IMG/VR virus record: IMGVR_UViG_3300007734_000760
Span: 32,001 to 96,000 of that record
Reading direction: 5' to 3' (one strand)
DNA: 64,000 nt
Origin: a virus
Shown here: positions 49,408-60,537 of the stretch, in pieces
Numbering within the stretch: position 1 is the first letter of the stretch
Layout: every line of letters starts with the position of its first letter
Made by a program: the position numbers and the translations under genes
Notes under the pieces: model-generated
Seen by the model: the letters and a program-made list of their open reading frames with translations, nothing else
Database searches by the model: none
Told to the model about the DNA's origin: nothing

Positions 49408-51066
49408 TTATAAGCTAGTTAAACCACTAACAATAATTTTACCATAGAATTCAGGACGCAACATCTTCTTAGCGTAACGAGTCATTAAACCTTTACGTGG
49501 AGTAAAAGTAGCTGGATCGTAAACTAATGGAGTCATAATCAACGGAATATATGGAGCAAATACAGCACCTGATTCAAGGAATTGTTTACCACGGAAACCC
49601 ATTAAAATAACGTTTTCAGTCATATAAGGATTCTTATAAACTGTGTAACGATTATTAATAGATCCTGCTTTAACAACACCCATTGCAAATTCCATATTAG
49701 CGGCATCACCATTTGTGTTAGCTGCAAATCCTGGAATAGATTCTAAAACTGTAGCAACAGTTGGAGAACATACTAAGAAATTAGCACCACCACGCAATGT
49801 TAATTGGTGAATTTTGTTGCTTACTTTTTGCATTTTAGTTCCTAAAGTTGCAAACCAAGTACCTTGTGTATTGTAAAAACCAGTTTGACTAGTTGAAGTT
49901 GGAAAATCAAATCCATTAGTATTACTAGCATTATAAACACCATTGTTTAACACTGTCCAATATTCAGTTGCAGCAGCTGCATCATCAATTAACATATCTA
50001 AGATTTCCAAATCAATTTCCATTGAAATGTATTCGCTCATAATGTTAGTTAATTCAGCTTCAGCATCGATATTTTGGTAAGCATTTAAATCTTGTGCAAA
50101 TTCAGGAGTCCATACAGCTTTTAACTTTTTAGTCTTAGCAGTAATAGCTTGAGATTGCATTTTGATATTAATTTCAGGAATAGCAATTGTAGTTGCACTT
50201 TGTGCGTTTGGAACTGCAAATGTAGATCCATCTTCAAAATCACCACGATTATTATCAACAGTAGCTTTGTTGTAGAATACAGTAACTATACCAGCAGCTG
50301 TACCAGTAGTTTCAGCTGTTGAAGCAGTGAAGAAAAAGGTAAGATTACTTCCAACAATTTGTGTGAAAGCTGGTAACGATTTAGCTACAGTAAAAGCTGA
50401 ACCTGATGTTAATACAAAAGCTCTAACACCTTCAAGATCATAAGAAGGAATAGTTGATAAAGCAATTGTTACTTTTTTAATACTAGTTGCAACAATAGAA
50501 GCAGATAATGATGTATCATAATTAACATCAGCAAAAGAAGCAGTAGCTAAAGTTGCAGCAACGGCAGCTGATGATGTTTGGTTAGTACTAAATGCAAAAC
50601 GACCTGCACCATATAAACCACCAGTTGTACCAGTAGTTTGGAATGGATAAGTACCATTAGGATTACGAGTACCATATAAAGAATCACCACTAGCAAAAGG
50701 ATTTACATTAGTTCCATATTGGAAGTCTAAGAAAAACACTAGGCCTGAAGGTAAATTCATTGGTTGAACAGAAACGAATTCTTTAGCTGCGATTTGACCA
50801 AATACTTTACGTACTAATGGCAAAGCTATACCAGCCCAGTTTTCAGATTGTCCTACAGTAAAAGTACCACCTTGTCCAGTTGCACTAGATTCTACTACTA
50901 ATTGTTTTGCTTGGTTTTCTAATAAAATAGACATGTTGTTTTTATGCACGTCAGCCAAGCCTTCAAGTAAACCAGTTTTGGTCCACTTGGTTGCTAATTT
51001 TCCAGCATCACTTTGAAGTGATTTCCATGGGTTAGCGGATTCAAGTAAATTTTGAATTGAACTCAT
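49408..51066 (-). CDS. Major capsid protein (gp23-like)
   Basis: LLENQ, VSVQPMNLPSGLVF, KLKAVWTPEFAQDL, FAPYIPL, FTPRKGLMTRY. Confidence 0.97.
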   Translation of the reverse strand: MSSIQNLLESANPWKSLQSDAGKLATKWTKTGLLEGLADVHKNNMSILLENQAKQLVVESSATGQGGTFTVGQSENWAGIALPLVRKVFGQIAAKEFVSVQPMNLPSGLVFFLDFQYGTNVNPFASGDSLYGTRNPNGTYPFQTTGTTGGLYGAGRFAFSTNQTSSAAVAATLATASFADVNYDTSLSASIVATSIKKVTIALSTIPSYDLEGVRAFVLTSGSAFTVAKSLPAFTQIVGSNLTFFFTASTAETTGTAAGIVTVFYNKATVDNNRGDFEDGSTFAVPNAQSATTIAIPEINIKMQSQAITAKTKKLKAVWTPEFAQDLNAYQNIDAEAELTNIMSEYISMEIDLEILDMLIDDAAAATEYWTVLNNGVYNASNTNGFDFPTSTSQTGFYNTQGTWFATLGTKMQKVSNKIHQLTLRGGANFLVCSPTVATVLESIPGFAANTNGDAANMEFAMGVVKAGSINNRYTVYKNPYMTENVILMGFRGKQFLESGAVFAPYIPLIMTPLVYDPATFTPRKGLMTRYAKKMLRPEFYGKIIVSGLTSL

Positions 51067-51070
51067 TTTT

Positions 51071-51105
51071 TTGTTTTTAATTGTTTTTAATTGTTTTTAA
51101 TTGTT
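51071..51105 (+). repeat. 10-bp tandem repeat (TTGTTTTTAA x3.5) in the capsid translation-initiation region
   Basis: Directly visible. Confidence 0.9.
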
Positions 51106-51107
51106 AA

Positions 51108-52490
51108 TTATTTTTTACCAAAAGCTAATTCTCTCATTCTTGCGAAAGCATCATTTTCAATAATTGGTTTAACAGAAGCTCTACCTAAAGCTTTAGATGC
51201 TGAACTTAATGATTCTCTAATTGGAGATTTAGTAGCAATAGGTGCTTTTAGTCCTCCTTGTAAAGTTTCATAAATTAATTCAACTTCTCTTTTAGATGTT
51301 GCTTTATCAAACGCTGATAAAACTTTAATTTTTTGTGATTCTGTTAAAGATTTGTTACGGAAAATTTTGTTAGTGTAAAGAAGTTTAGCGTTTAAAACGT
51401 TAATCTCATTAAGTTCTTTTTTAAGAGTCCTAATAGTAGCATACGCTTCGTCTATTTCTTCATAATCTGCATCTTCAGTATCCATTCCTGGAGGCAATTG
51501 TAAATTATCTCCGCCTAAATCTGGTTCTTTAAGATCACTAAACTGATTTCCTTTTCCTTTACCTTTACCTTTACCTCCGCCTCCAGCAGATGTAGCTTTT
51601 ATAGCATCTACATACTTAGAAAATAAACCTGGACCTTTTGGAAATTCTTCGCCAGTTCTTTCATTCTTTTTTTCAAACGCTTGTCTAATAGCTGGTTGAT
51701 TCCAACTTGCTCCATCTTTACCAGGATTAATTCCAAGTTCTTCATTTCCTTCTTCAGACCACTGTTTCATATTTGCATCTCCAGTTTTACCTAAAGATTG
51801 TAAAATTTGTTTCATTGGGATAGAAGAAGCCATTTCAGCTGCATCTAACATGAATTTTTTTACCTTTTCATTGTTTTCAAACTCAGGTTTAAGTTTGTAA
51901 CGAGAAGCCATTTCATTAAGAGTTTCTTCTTCTAATTCTAACTCATTTAAAAGTTCGTTAAGATCAATTTCTTCTCCATGATTTGCCATTTTAGTTGTTC
52001 TTTTTTTAGAATACATATTACGTTCGTCTAATTCTTCAGTACCTTCTTTAGCACCTTCTTCATTTTCCATTCCTTCATGACCAGCTTCAAGTTCCCCTGC
52101 GCCTACCATGTCTTTAATAACACTTTCAATGAATGATTTAAGGTCGTCTTCAGACATGTCTTCAATAGACACATTTTCGTCTTCTTCTTCCTTTTCTTCT
52201 TTTTCTTCTTTTTTAGCTTCGTAAAGTTCTTCTTCAACTTCACCTTCTTCTAATTCGGCTAAAAGTTCATCTAAAGAAACTTCATCCATCATTTTATCTT
52301 TCATCCCTTGATTTTCATATTCCATGTTCTCATCAGTTTCTTCCATCTCGCTAATTTTTTGAGATAGTTTTTCTCTAAGAAATGGACCAAATGATTCTTC
52401 AAGAGCTGCTTTTGCATTAGCAATTGCTGTTTCTTTTACAGCTTTAGCATCTGCGATTGCTTCTTTAAGCAAGTTTCGGTTGTTTGCCAT
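51108..52490 (-). CDS. Prohead core/scaffold protein with inserted domain
   Basis: LLKEAIADAKAVKETAIANAKAALEE; highly acidic; LNEINVLNAKLLY; between protease and capsid. Confidence 0.8.
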   Translation of the reverse strand: MANNRNLLKEAIADAKAVKETAIANAKAALEESFGPFLREKLSQKISEMEETDENMEYENQGMKDKMMDEVSLDELLAELEEGEVEEELYEAKKEEKEEKEEEDENVSIEDMSEDDLKSFIESVIKDMVGAGELEAGHEGMENEEGAKEGTEELDERNMYSKKRTTKMANHGEEIDLNELLNELELEEETLNEMASRYKLKPEFENNEKVKKFMLDAAEMASSIPMKQILQSLGKTGDANMKQWSEEGNEELGINPGKDGASWNQPAIRQAFEKKNERTGEEFPKGPGLFSKYVDAIKATSAGGGGKGKGKGKGNQFSDLKEPDLGGDNLQLPPGMDTEDADYEEIDEAYATIRTLKKELNEINVLNAKLLYTNKIFRNKSLTESQKIKVLSAFDKATSKREVELIYETLQGGLKAPIATKSPIRESLSSASKALGRASVKPIIENDAFARMRELAFGKK

Positions 52491-52635
52491 TTTTTTCCTT
52501 AATTTAATTTGTTTGGAAATACACTTAATGTGAATAAATTCGAAGTGTAATAAGATTTATTATAGTCAATGCCTCATAGAATTGGGCACATTCTGTTATA
52601 CGTATGTATAAATTTATTAAAAATACAAAAAAAGA

Positions 52636-53238
52636 TTAAAATATTGGACATGCTCCATTAGAGCATAAAATTTCTGTTATAATTGAATTTACTTTATTAT
52701 ATGGATTAACATTAGATTTTTCTAATCCTTCACGTAATGGAGACATATATGAACCAGGATTAGAAGGTGTTGAAACAAAATCCCAACATAGTAATTCAAA
52801 ATCGTCTTGTACTTCTAGTACTTCACCAACTTGTTTTAAACTACCCATTCCACGTGATGATACACCTACTTTAATACTCGCACCTATAAGTGCTTTTAAT
52901 ATATTTCCTGAAGGTGTAGGTAATATTTCAATTGCGCCCATTACATTATCTCCATCCCACCAAAGTTTAGTGATATTATGTGACACATTTTTTAAGTTAA
53001 TTACTTGAGAGTCAGGATGATCTAATTCACCACATGCTCTTCTTTCTTTTACAAGGACATTATATTTATCTAATTCACGATCCCACAATTCTTTTGAGTA
53101 ATATCTTCCATTACCGTTTTTAATTTCAACAGTTGCTAAAATACCTTCAACTAATGGATTTCCACTTGTGCTCTTACCTTCAGTAAGAGTTATTGGCGAC
53201 ACATTAAATGGAAGAGTTTCTATTAGTAGTGATTTCAT
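52636..53238 (-). CDS. Prohead protease (gp21-like)
   Basis: NGNGRYYS, GELDHP, VSH, TPSG, GVSSRGMGS, DFVSTPS. Confidence 0.95.
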   Translation of the reverse strand: MKSLLIETLPFNVSPITLTEGKSTSGNPLVEGILATVEIKNGNGRYYSKELWDRELDKYNVLVKERRACGELDHPDSQVINLKNVSHNITKLWWDGDNVMGAIEILPTPSGNILKALIGASIKVGVSSRGMGSLKQVGEVLEVQDDFELLCWDFVSTPSNPGSYMSPLREGLEKSNVNPYNKVNSIITEILCSNGACPIF

Positions 53239-53250
53239 GTTTATTTTGAA

Positions 53251-55692
53251 TTAGTAAGCCATATGTAATCCGTTAATTTCATCCCAAGCATCATTACTTA
53301 CTGCTATTATGTCTTTAGTTCCATCATCATATTCAACACTATATGATTTATCTCCATTTTGAATATATGTTTTAACAACTTTTCCGTTTATTTCAATGTA
53401 CTCAGATCCGCTAATATTGCTTCTTTTTAATTCTTCTTTAATAAGTTTAGCTATTACAGAGCGAAGTTTTGATTCTTTTAATAAATCATTACCTGTTCCA
53501 AAATCTGTAAAGTCAGTTTTGCGATAATCATAAGGTTCATAATCTTTTTCACCTACACTTTCTATTCCTGTAAGTGCACTTAATAAGTCATCACGATTTT
53601 CTAATCTACCTTCAGGATTTAATACAATTAATTCTTCCATTCCTTCATCTTTAGCCCACTGAATAAGTTCTAGATCTGAATGTTCATAGTCAATAAAATT
53701 ATTCATTTCTTCATTTAATGAATTTTCTTCTGTTTTATCATTAAAATACTTGTCAGCTTCTTCAAAATTATCAAATTCTTTATCTTTTTCTTTAGTTATA
53801 CCTTGACTATTATCTCTCACTTTATATATAGCTTTAAGTGGTATTGGTGTACCTGTTGGAGTTTCTCCTTTTTTTCCAATATATTCAATTGCTTTTTCTG
53901 GAGTTTTAAATTCAAAGTCTTGACCTGTTTTAAGATTTCTTACAATATAAATCATTGTGAACCTATTTTTTGCCATAGGTTCCCACGGACTTTGAAATAA
54001 CTGTGAACTTGTATCATCTCCTAATAAAGGAATAAGATATCCATCTTGAGTTTGTACTTCAGCCATTATTATACATCTAAAATTACCTGTACTTTTACTT
54101 TTTTGTTTTCTAGTGTCAAGTATTTTTATTTCACCACCTTTTGCTTTTTCAGTTAAATCAAGCATAGCTTTACTTTTAGCATTATCTATACTAATGTTAT
54201 CATTTCCTTCTCCAGAAATTTGCTTAGTTTTAGATTCAGTAGGAATTAATTTAGAATCAACATAATGCATTGGAGTTTCTTTTATTTTTGTTGGAGCAGT
54301 AGACACATTCTTTTTAATTAAACCTCTAACAAAAGAAGGAATAATTTCAGATATGTAACTTGTTAATTCTGTTTTTTTACGTTCTATGTCTTGTGAGTAT
54401 CTACCTCTAGTAATCCCAGCTAAAGCTATATAAAACATTTGAGATATAAACATTGCTAGATTATTATCTTTTGATATAATTTGTATACTACCAGGAAATC
54501 TATTGTTTATTTTAGTAATAACTTCTTTAGGTAAAAATGCATAAAATGGAATTTTACTTTTTTTATCTTGTTTTTTTGGATCAAAATCTCCTTTACTTAT
54601 TAAAGGAACTCCACCTTTTCCTGTTCTAACAACATCCGCTTCATCAAGTTCTTCAGCTAACATTAAATCATGTTCTAAGTCAGCTATTTGATCATAAACT
54701 GCTTCGTTTTCATTAAGTGATTCTGATTTGTATGGAGGAAGTTCTCTTTCAGTCCAACCTAAGTAACTACCAAATTCTAAAGCTTGTTCATAATATTCTT
54801 TTGCTTTCTCTAAATCACCTTCTTCAAATGCTTTTTTACCTTTATCGTAATAATTTTCAGCACCATATCTCATATTATTCTCCTCATCAGCATCACCATC
54901 TGAAGGATCAGTATCAAAATATGGATTTTCACCTGTTACTATTTCTTGTAATTTCATTGTCTTTTCAGCACCAGGCATGTCCATTTTCTTAACACCTTTA
55001 GAATTTTGAGGAGTTACAGACATTTCTTTTACTTTTTTAGGCATTGAAATTTTAGCTTCACTACTGCTTAAAGTATCTTTAACATTCTTTTTAATTAAAC
55101 CAATTAAACTATTTTTAACAACATCACTATCAGAATTTACTTCATCACGTCCGCCTAATATAGATGCGTTTTTAGATGTTGGTTGAGTATTTTTACCTAA
55201 ACCTGGCGCTTCATCAGTGTATCCTAAACCTTTAACTCCAAATTCACCATTTTTAGTATAGTACAAAGGATCTTTAGATAAGTTTTTTACTACTATCTTC
55301 TTTAATTCATCTCCCGTTTTATTTGCGTTTGCTGGGTCTTTCATCTCAGTATAGTATCCTTTCCAGATCTCGTTTCCATTAATGTTGTCTGCGTTTTTAA
55401 CGTCAGTAGCATCATATGCATCTTGCTTACCTTTAACTTCTTTAGATGTTTCTTTTTCTTCAGCTTTAGTTTCTTCAGCTAAAATATTTTTCCAATTCCA
55501 GATATCAAATCCTTTAGTGACAACGTTTGTTTGTTCACTAATAATTTGTTTTGTTTTTAATACATTAATTGATGTATTATAATCTAAATGTTTAGTTAAA
55601 TATTGAGGAAATAAATTTCTAGCATGTTTTAAAAATTGCTCTTTATTTCCTGTGCCTCGGTTTATGGCGTTAAATTGTTCTTGTAATGTCAT
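53251..55692 (-). CDS. Large acidic head/internal protein, possible polyprotein
   Basis: 813 aa in the head operon with many (L/I)xE sites. Confidence 0.7.
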   Translation of the reverse strand: MTLQEQFNAINRGTGNKEQFLKHARNLFPQYLTKHLDYNTSINVLKTKQIISEQTNVVTKGFDIWNWKNILAEETKAEEKETSKEVKGKQDAYDATDVKNADNINGNEIWKGYYTEMKDPANANKTGDELKKIVVKNLSKDPLYYTKNGEFGVKGLGYTDEAPGLGKNTQPTSKNASILGGRDEVNSDSDVVKNSLIGLIKKNVKDTLSSSEAKISMPKKVKEMSVTPQNSKGVKKMDMPGAEKTMKLQEIVTGENPYFDTDPSDGDADEENNMRYGAENYYDKGKKAFEEGDLEKAKEYYEQALEFGSYLGWTERELPPYKSESLNENEAVYDQIADLEHDLMLAEELDEADVVRTGKGGVPLISKGDFDPKKQDKKSKIPFYAFLPKEVITKINNRFPGSIQIISKDNNLAMFISQMFYIALAGITRGRYSQDIERKKTELTSYISEIIPSFVRGLIKKNVSTAPTKIKETPMHYVDSKLIPTESKTKQISGEGNDNISIDNAKSKAMLDLTEKAKGGEIKILDTRKQKSKSTGNFRCIIMAEVQTQDGYLIPLLGDDTSSQLFQSPWEPMAKNRFTMIYIVRNLKTGQDFEFKTPEKAIEYIGKKGETPTGTPIPLKAIYKVRDNSQGITKEKDKEFDNFEEADKYFNDKTEENSLNEEMNNFIDYEHSDLELIQWAKDEGMEELIVLNPEGRLENRDDLLSALTGIESVGEKDYEPYDYRKTDFTDFGTGNDLLKESKLRSVIAKLIKEELKRSNISGSEYIEINGKVVKTYIQNGDKSYSVEYDDGTKDIIAVSNDAWDEINGLHMAY

Positions 55693-55693
55693 G

Positions 55694-56215
55694 TTATTGT
55701 TGTTTGTTTGTAAATAAAGTTATTAGTTTGTCTAAATAAGTGTTAGCAAATTGAGTACCATACATTATTTTAAAGTCTGGATCTTTTTTGTAAGCGCCCA
55801 TTGTTTCTTTTTTTGCGTTTTTTAATAAAGGAAGTAAAGTATTTAATTTGTCTTCTATAGTATTAAAATCCTCTACTTTACTTGTTATAAATTCTTTTCT
55901 ACCATCATCTGGTAAATTTAATTGATTAAGATATGTAGATGTTTCTTCTTTATTTTCTTTCCATAAATCTTTATGTTCAATACCTTTAGCTTTTTTATGA
56001 AGCTCTTTAGTATTTACTGGTTTAAATCCTCCTAATTTATAGTAGTAATTATGAGCTGTTCCTTTAGCTTTTTTATTTGGATTATAGGCAAATGGTGGAG
56101 CATAATTAGCATCTTCACCTAGGGTAAAAGTAGCTGCACTAGCACCACCTCCAGTAGCACTCATTTCTTTTAATCTTTTATAGACTAAATCTTTAAGTGA
56201 ACTTTTATTTTTCAT
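55694..56215 (-). CDS. Head-module hypothetical protein
   Basis: LKDLVYKRLKEMSATGG. Confidence 0.7.
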   Translation of the reverse strand: MKNKSSLKDLVYKRLKEMSATGGGASAATFTLGEDANYAPPFAYNPNKKAKGTAHNYYYKLGGFKPVNTKELHKKAKGIEHKDLWKENKEETSTYLNQLNLPDDGRKEFITSKVEDFNTIEDKLNTLLPLLKNAKKETMGAYKKDPDFKIMYGTQFANTYLDKLITLFTNKQQ

Positions 56216-57053
56216 TTGCTTGTTTTAACTCTTCAATTAAGTCACAATATTGTAACAAATTAACAATATTATCATTATTTATTTTATCATTTTTACCTAA
56301 TGTAACTAAAAAATTAAGTGTTTCATTTAATTTAATTTTAGTTACTTCGTTTTTTGTTTTTTTATTTAATGAAATAAGTTCTAATTTCATTTCATTAATT
56401 TTAATATTGTAAAATTCTTTTAATTTAGTTGAATTATCAACTATATTAATAAATTCTTTAAGAATATTTTTTTTATTGCTACTAAAATCTACATATTTAC
56501 TATTAAATTTTTCAAGTAATATTTTATAAGTTAAAATACGAGTATCTTTATCTTCGTTTGCTAATTCCTCTATTGTAGTATTAGTATTAGTTTCTTTTTT
56601 AGTATTAGATAAAGTTAAATGTTCTAATATAACTAATTTATTTTCAATTATATTTTCAGTATTAATATTTTGAGATTCAATTAAAGTATAAATAGCAGCT
56701 TGTGTTTTATAATTAGGAAGTTTTGTTTTAAAAAATTCTTCTAAATTATAATAGTTTTTAATTTCTTTAATTAAATTATACTTTTGTTTTTTTAAAGCAG
56801 TTTTATTTAACTGTTTGGAATTTTCTAATACTGTATTAATAACCATATTAGCTTTACCTTCAGTTAAATTAGTACGTTTAATTAAACTTTCATATAATTT
56901 ATACTCACGTCCTAATTCAGTTTTACTAAAATATTTTTTTAAAATATTCAAAGCTTCAGAATTTTTACCTGATAATGTATCAGTTGTTATTTGTCTAACT
57001 AGAAGTTCAAAAAGAATACCAGTGTTTTTAAATTTTGAATGTTTTATTAACAT
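56205..57053 (-). CDS. Head-module hypothetical protein
   Basis: IKHSKFKNTGILFELLVRQIT; follows portal. Confidence 0.75.
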   Translation of the reverse strand: MLIKHSKFKNTGILFELLVRQITTDTLSGKNSEALNILKKYFSKTELGREYKLYESLIKRTNLTEGKANMVINTVLENSKQLNKTALKKQKYNLIKEIKNYYNLEEFFKTKLPNYKTQAAIYTLIESQNINTENIIENKLVILEHLTLSNTKKETNTNTTIEELANEDKDTRILTYKILLEKFNSKYVDFSSNKKNILKEFINIVDNSTKLKEFYNIKINEMKLELISLNKKTKNEVTKIKLNETLNFLVTLGKNDKINNDNIVNLLQYCDLIEELKQANEK

Positions 57054-57091
57054 TTAAGTAGTAGTTTTATTTATAAATATATAACTAATTA

Positions 57092-58957
57092 TTAATCTCG
57101 CAACTGACTTTCATCAAGTAGCGATTCTTTTGATTTATCTATTTGGAATACTAGTTTTTTTTCAATTTCTGTTATAAACTGTTTATTTTTTAAATGAACA
57201 TTTTCATTTAACGATTTACTATTATAATCAGGTTGATCATCAATTTTCATATCTTTTTTACCTAATCTATCTCTACCAAAAGCGTTTTGCTGAGTATTAA
57301 TATTGGATACTTTTTCTTTAGGGCGACCTAAAACACTATCAACTTGATAACCTGCAGGTACATTACCTGGATCTGATATTGCGCGACTTTTACCATATAG
57401 TGATGCTAAGTCATGTGGTGTACCGTATGATTTACCTGTTTCTAATGGATCATTACCTTCTTCTGTTATTTGACCTAAACGGAATTTACGTTTAGCATCT
57501 TGTAAAATTAGATCTCTATATTCATCAAATTGATCTTCACTAAAATGAAATACATTATGATAAATCCAATCTGTAGGTAATAATTGAGCATCCATAATAT
57601 TTTTAGCTAAATCTACTTTTTCTTTCATTAATGCTATACGTTCTTGATCATAAATGATTGACGGAGTAGTTAATGATAATTCAAAATTAGTTAATGTTTC
57701 ACCTTTATATCCTTGAGCATATAAATGAACTAAAGCTATTCTGTACAATTCAGATAATAGTATACGTTGTAATCTATCAATTGTGCGTGCAAAACGAATA
57801 TCCTCCGCAGCTAAGGTTGCTTTACCTGTTAAATCTTTTTCATAACCCATAAATGCTTTAGGAACTTTTAAAGCAGCAAATAATTTATCTCTTAAATATT
57901 CTACATCTTTAATACCATCGTATTCTAAACCTTTAGCAGTATCAATTTTAGTTGTACTATCATTACCACGAACTGGAATGTAAAAATCTTCTAACATGTT
58001 TTGCATGTTATATTTTAAATTATACTCACCAGATTGAGGATCAATATATGGTGTTTTTTTCATTGTAGTAATAGTCTTCTTCATGAAATTTTCCACTTCA
58101 TTTGGAGGAATAGAACCAACATTAATATAAAAAATTCGTTTTTCAGGCGCTCGAGAAATTCTATGTATCAACATAGCATCTTCCATTAGTGTGTATTGTT
58201 TAAACAGTTTACGGGCTGGTTCAATATATGAACGACCATAAGGTAAATAATTAACATCTGTTAATAAACGAAAATGAGCAATTTCATAGTTATCAAAAAA
58301 TATTCCACTTTCTTCTTTATCAGAAGTATTAGGTGTATTATATAATCCTCCACTACTACCTGCATATCCTGTTGGATTAAATTTAAATCTAACAGACATT
58401 GGATTTTCTTTATCATATCCTTCTTGACGTTCAATATGATACGCTGTATAAGGTATAACATTATACACACCAAATTTTTCTGATATTTCTAATTTTAAGA
58501 AAAAATCTCCATATTTACACATTTGGCGAGTCCAAGACCATAAATTAAATTCAATATTTAATATATCATAAAATAAATTATAAAGTATTTTTTGAACATC
58601 ATCATCTGAACTTCTAATTTGTAACACTTCACCTAATTCATTTTTTAATGAACACTCATCTGAAATAATATCTAAAGCTGAAGCTACAATAGCATCAGTG
58701 TCCATTACATCATAATCTGAATACAGTTGGGTTCTTAAATATTGATAATTAACATTTAATTGAGATCCATAAAGTGATGTAGTATTACTAGAATAGATTC
58801 CTTGATATCTATTAAGTAATGAATTTGTTTCATATTTACCACTTCTTTGAATAGAATCAGTGTCTATTACTTTAAGAGTATTTCCACCTTCATTACGTAT
58901 AATTACGTCAGTTGAAAATAATCGTTTTAATCTAGAAAATAAATTTGTATCTGCCAT
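57092..58957 (-). CDS. Portal protein (gp20-like)
   Basis: LMEDAMLIHRISRAPEKRIFYINVG, EDFYIPVRG, LFAALKVP, EDIRFARTI. Confidence 0.96.
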   Translation of the reverse strand: MADTNLFSRLKRLFSTDVIIRNEGGNTLKVIDTDSIQRSGKYETNSLLNRYQGIYSSNTTSLYGSQLNVNYQYLRTQLYSDYDVMDTDAIVASALDIISDECSLKNELGEVLQIRSSDDDVQKILYNLFYDILNIEFNLWSWTRQMCKYGDFFLKLEISEKFGVYNVIPYTAYHIERQEGYDKENPMSVRFKFNPTGYAGSSGGLYNTPNTSDKEESGIFFDNYEIAHFRLLTDVNYLPYGRSYIEPARKLFKQYTLMEDAMLIHRISRAPEKRIFYINVGSIPPNEVENFMKKTITTMKKTPYIDPQSGEYNLKYNMQNMLEDFYIPVRGNDSTTKIDTAKGLEYDGIKDVEYLRDKLFAALKVPKAFMGYEKDLTGKATLAAEDIRFARTIDRLQRILLSELYRIALVHLYAQGYKGETLTNFELSLTTPSIIYDQERIALMKEKVDLAKNIMDAQLLPTDWIYHNVFHFSEDQFDEYRDLILQDAKRKFRLGQITEEGNDPLETGKSYGTPHDLASLYGKSRAISDPGNVPAGYQVDSVLGRPKEKVSNINTQQNAFGRDRLGKKDMKIDDQPDYNSKSLNENVHLKNKQFITEIEKKLVFQIDKSKESLLDESQLRD

Positions 58958-58968
58958 GTTTTATTATT

Positions 58969-60537
58969 TTAAAATAACCATTTTAAATCTTCTGTTTCTC
59001 CATTAATGTCCATAGTATATGGATTATCATTGCCTGAAGCAAAATATGCTCCTTGATATTGAGAAGGTCTTTGTATATTATTTAATGTTGCTTTTGTCAT
59101 TTCAATTCCGTATTGTTTTTGTTTTAATGCTGTATCTCTAACATACATTGCTGTATTATAACACATAACTAAATCGTCATTATATCCTGATTGTGCTTCA
59201 GCTCTACCGTTTTTCCAAATAAAAATTTTCATTTCTTCTATTAAACGTTTTGATCTAATAATCACACTATGGTCTCCTAAGTATTCTCTTCCCTTATTAA
59301 TTACTAAAGGACGAGATTTTAATGACATAGTAAAACCAGGAATCATTTTTGATGTATCTTCATATTTACTAAAATACGAATCAGAAGCGGCTATATCACT
59401 TTTAGGTGAATAATATAAATTTCTATAGTTTCGTTCTTGAATAGCATCTAATGTTGCCCATCCAATACTAGCATTTTCTACTACTAATAATGCTTCATTG
59501 TATTCAGTAGCTATACCAACTAACATATAACCAAATTCTTTTGGAGATAATTGACTTTTAAATTCAGCTACTTGAGCATTTGTTTCTAAATCAAACACAT
59601 GAAATGCTGAAAAGTCTTTTCCATCTCCTCTAGCTACGTCAGCTACTACTAAATAATTTCTTGTATAATCTGGTGATTCCCAAATCCATAAGTTTTTATC
59701 TACACCACGTCTTTCCATTGGTTCTACTATATGAGTAGAAGTCATATATTCAAGATGTTCTGGATAGTAAACTATATCGCCAGATGTTGTAAAATTACAG
59801 TCACATTCTTGGGCTGCTAGTCTAGGATCTCCTAGTTGAGTATCTTGTTTATCTCTCCATGCTTGATCACGTTCAGGATGAACATACCAAGGTAATTTAA
59901 TAGGTAAAAAAGGATTTTCTTGAGCTTCTGCCTTAACCCAAGTTTTATGAAACCAATTACCTGTGCCAAACGGAGTAGATAAAACTATAGCTCCACCACC
60001 GGTAGCTAAAGTTTGTTGAGCTGAAGCCCAAATTGGTTCAATTCCTTCAATAAAAGCAGCCTCATCAATAATTAATAATGAAACAGCTTCTGATCTACCT
60101 GCATCACTCGCAGCTGATGTTGCTTTTATTTGTGAACCGTTATTTAATTTTAATGCTAATTTATTATTTTCATCTGCTGGTATTTTAAGCCATGATGGTA
60201 AATTATCAAACATAAACTTGGTTTTAGTAACCATGTTTTTTGCTGTTTCTTGTTTAGTAGCTATACAAAGAATATTTTTATCTTTATAAAATAGCATTAA
60301 CCACAATGAATAACCTGCTGCTAATGTTGATATGCCTAATTGTCTAGATTTTAATATTAATGAATATGGATTTTCTTTCCATAAATTTAATACTTTAGTT
60401 TGAAATGGATATAAATTAAATATAACTCGTCCTCTTTGAGGATGTTGAATATTACAATATTTACGCATAAAGTGAGCTGGATCTTGAGCACACTTAATGT
60501 ATTCTTCTCTTATTATTTCTTTTAAATCTTGACTCAT
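58969..60537 (-). CDS. Terminase large subunit
   Basis: LYPFQ, KSRQLGIS, IIDEAAF, STPFG, ADVARGDGKDFS, VENAS, NDDLVM; start re-assigned to MSQDLKE. Confidence 0.96.
   Translation of the reverse strand: MSQDLKEIIREEYIKCAQDPAHFMRKYCNIQHPQRGRVIFNLYPFQTKVLNLWKENPYSLILKSRQLGISTLAAGYSLWLMLFYKDKNILCIATKQETAKNMVTKTKFMFDNLPSWLKIPADENNKLALKLNNGSQIKATSAASDAGRSEAVSLLIIDEAAFIEGIEPIWASAQQTLATGGGAIVLSTPFGTGNWFHKTWVKAEAQENPFLPIKLPWYVHPERDQAWRDKQDTQLGDPRLAAQECDCNFTTSGDIVYYPEHLEYMTSTHIVEPMERRGVDKNLWIWESPDYTRNYLVVADVARGDGKDFSAFHVFDLETNAQVAEFKSQLSPKEFGYMLVGIATEYNEALLVVENASIGWATLDAIQERNYRNLYYSPKSDIAASDSYFSKYEDTSKMIPGFTMSLKSRPLVINKGREYLGDHSVIIRSKRLIEEMKIFIWKNGRAEAQSGYNDDLVMCYNTAMYVRDTALKQKQYGIEMTKATLNNIQRPSQYQGAYFASGNDNPYTMDINGETEDLKWLF

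Noticed and set aside
51071-51105. CRISPR array
   Set aside because: Short spacer-less tandem repeat; no repeat-spacer array seen anywhere in the window.
559-56412. Plus-strand ORFs in the track (e.g. 559..828, 12979..13344, 18286..18606, 44098..44439)
   Set aside because: All lie antisense within well-supported minus-strand genes and have no recognisable motifs; treated as shadow ORFs.
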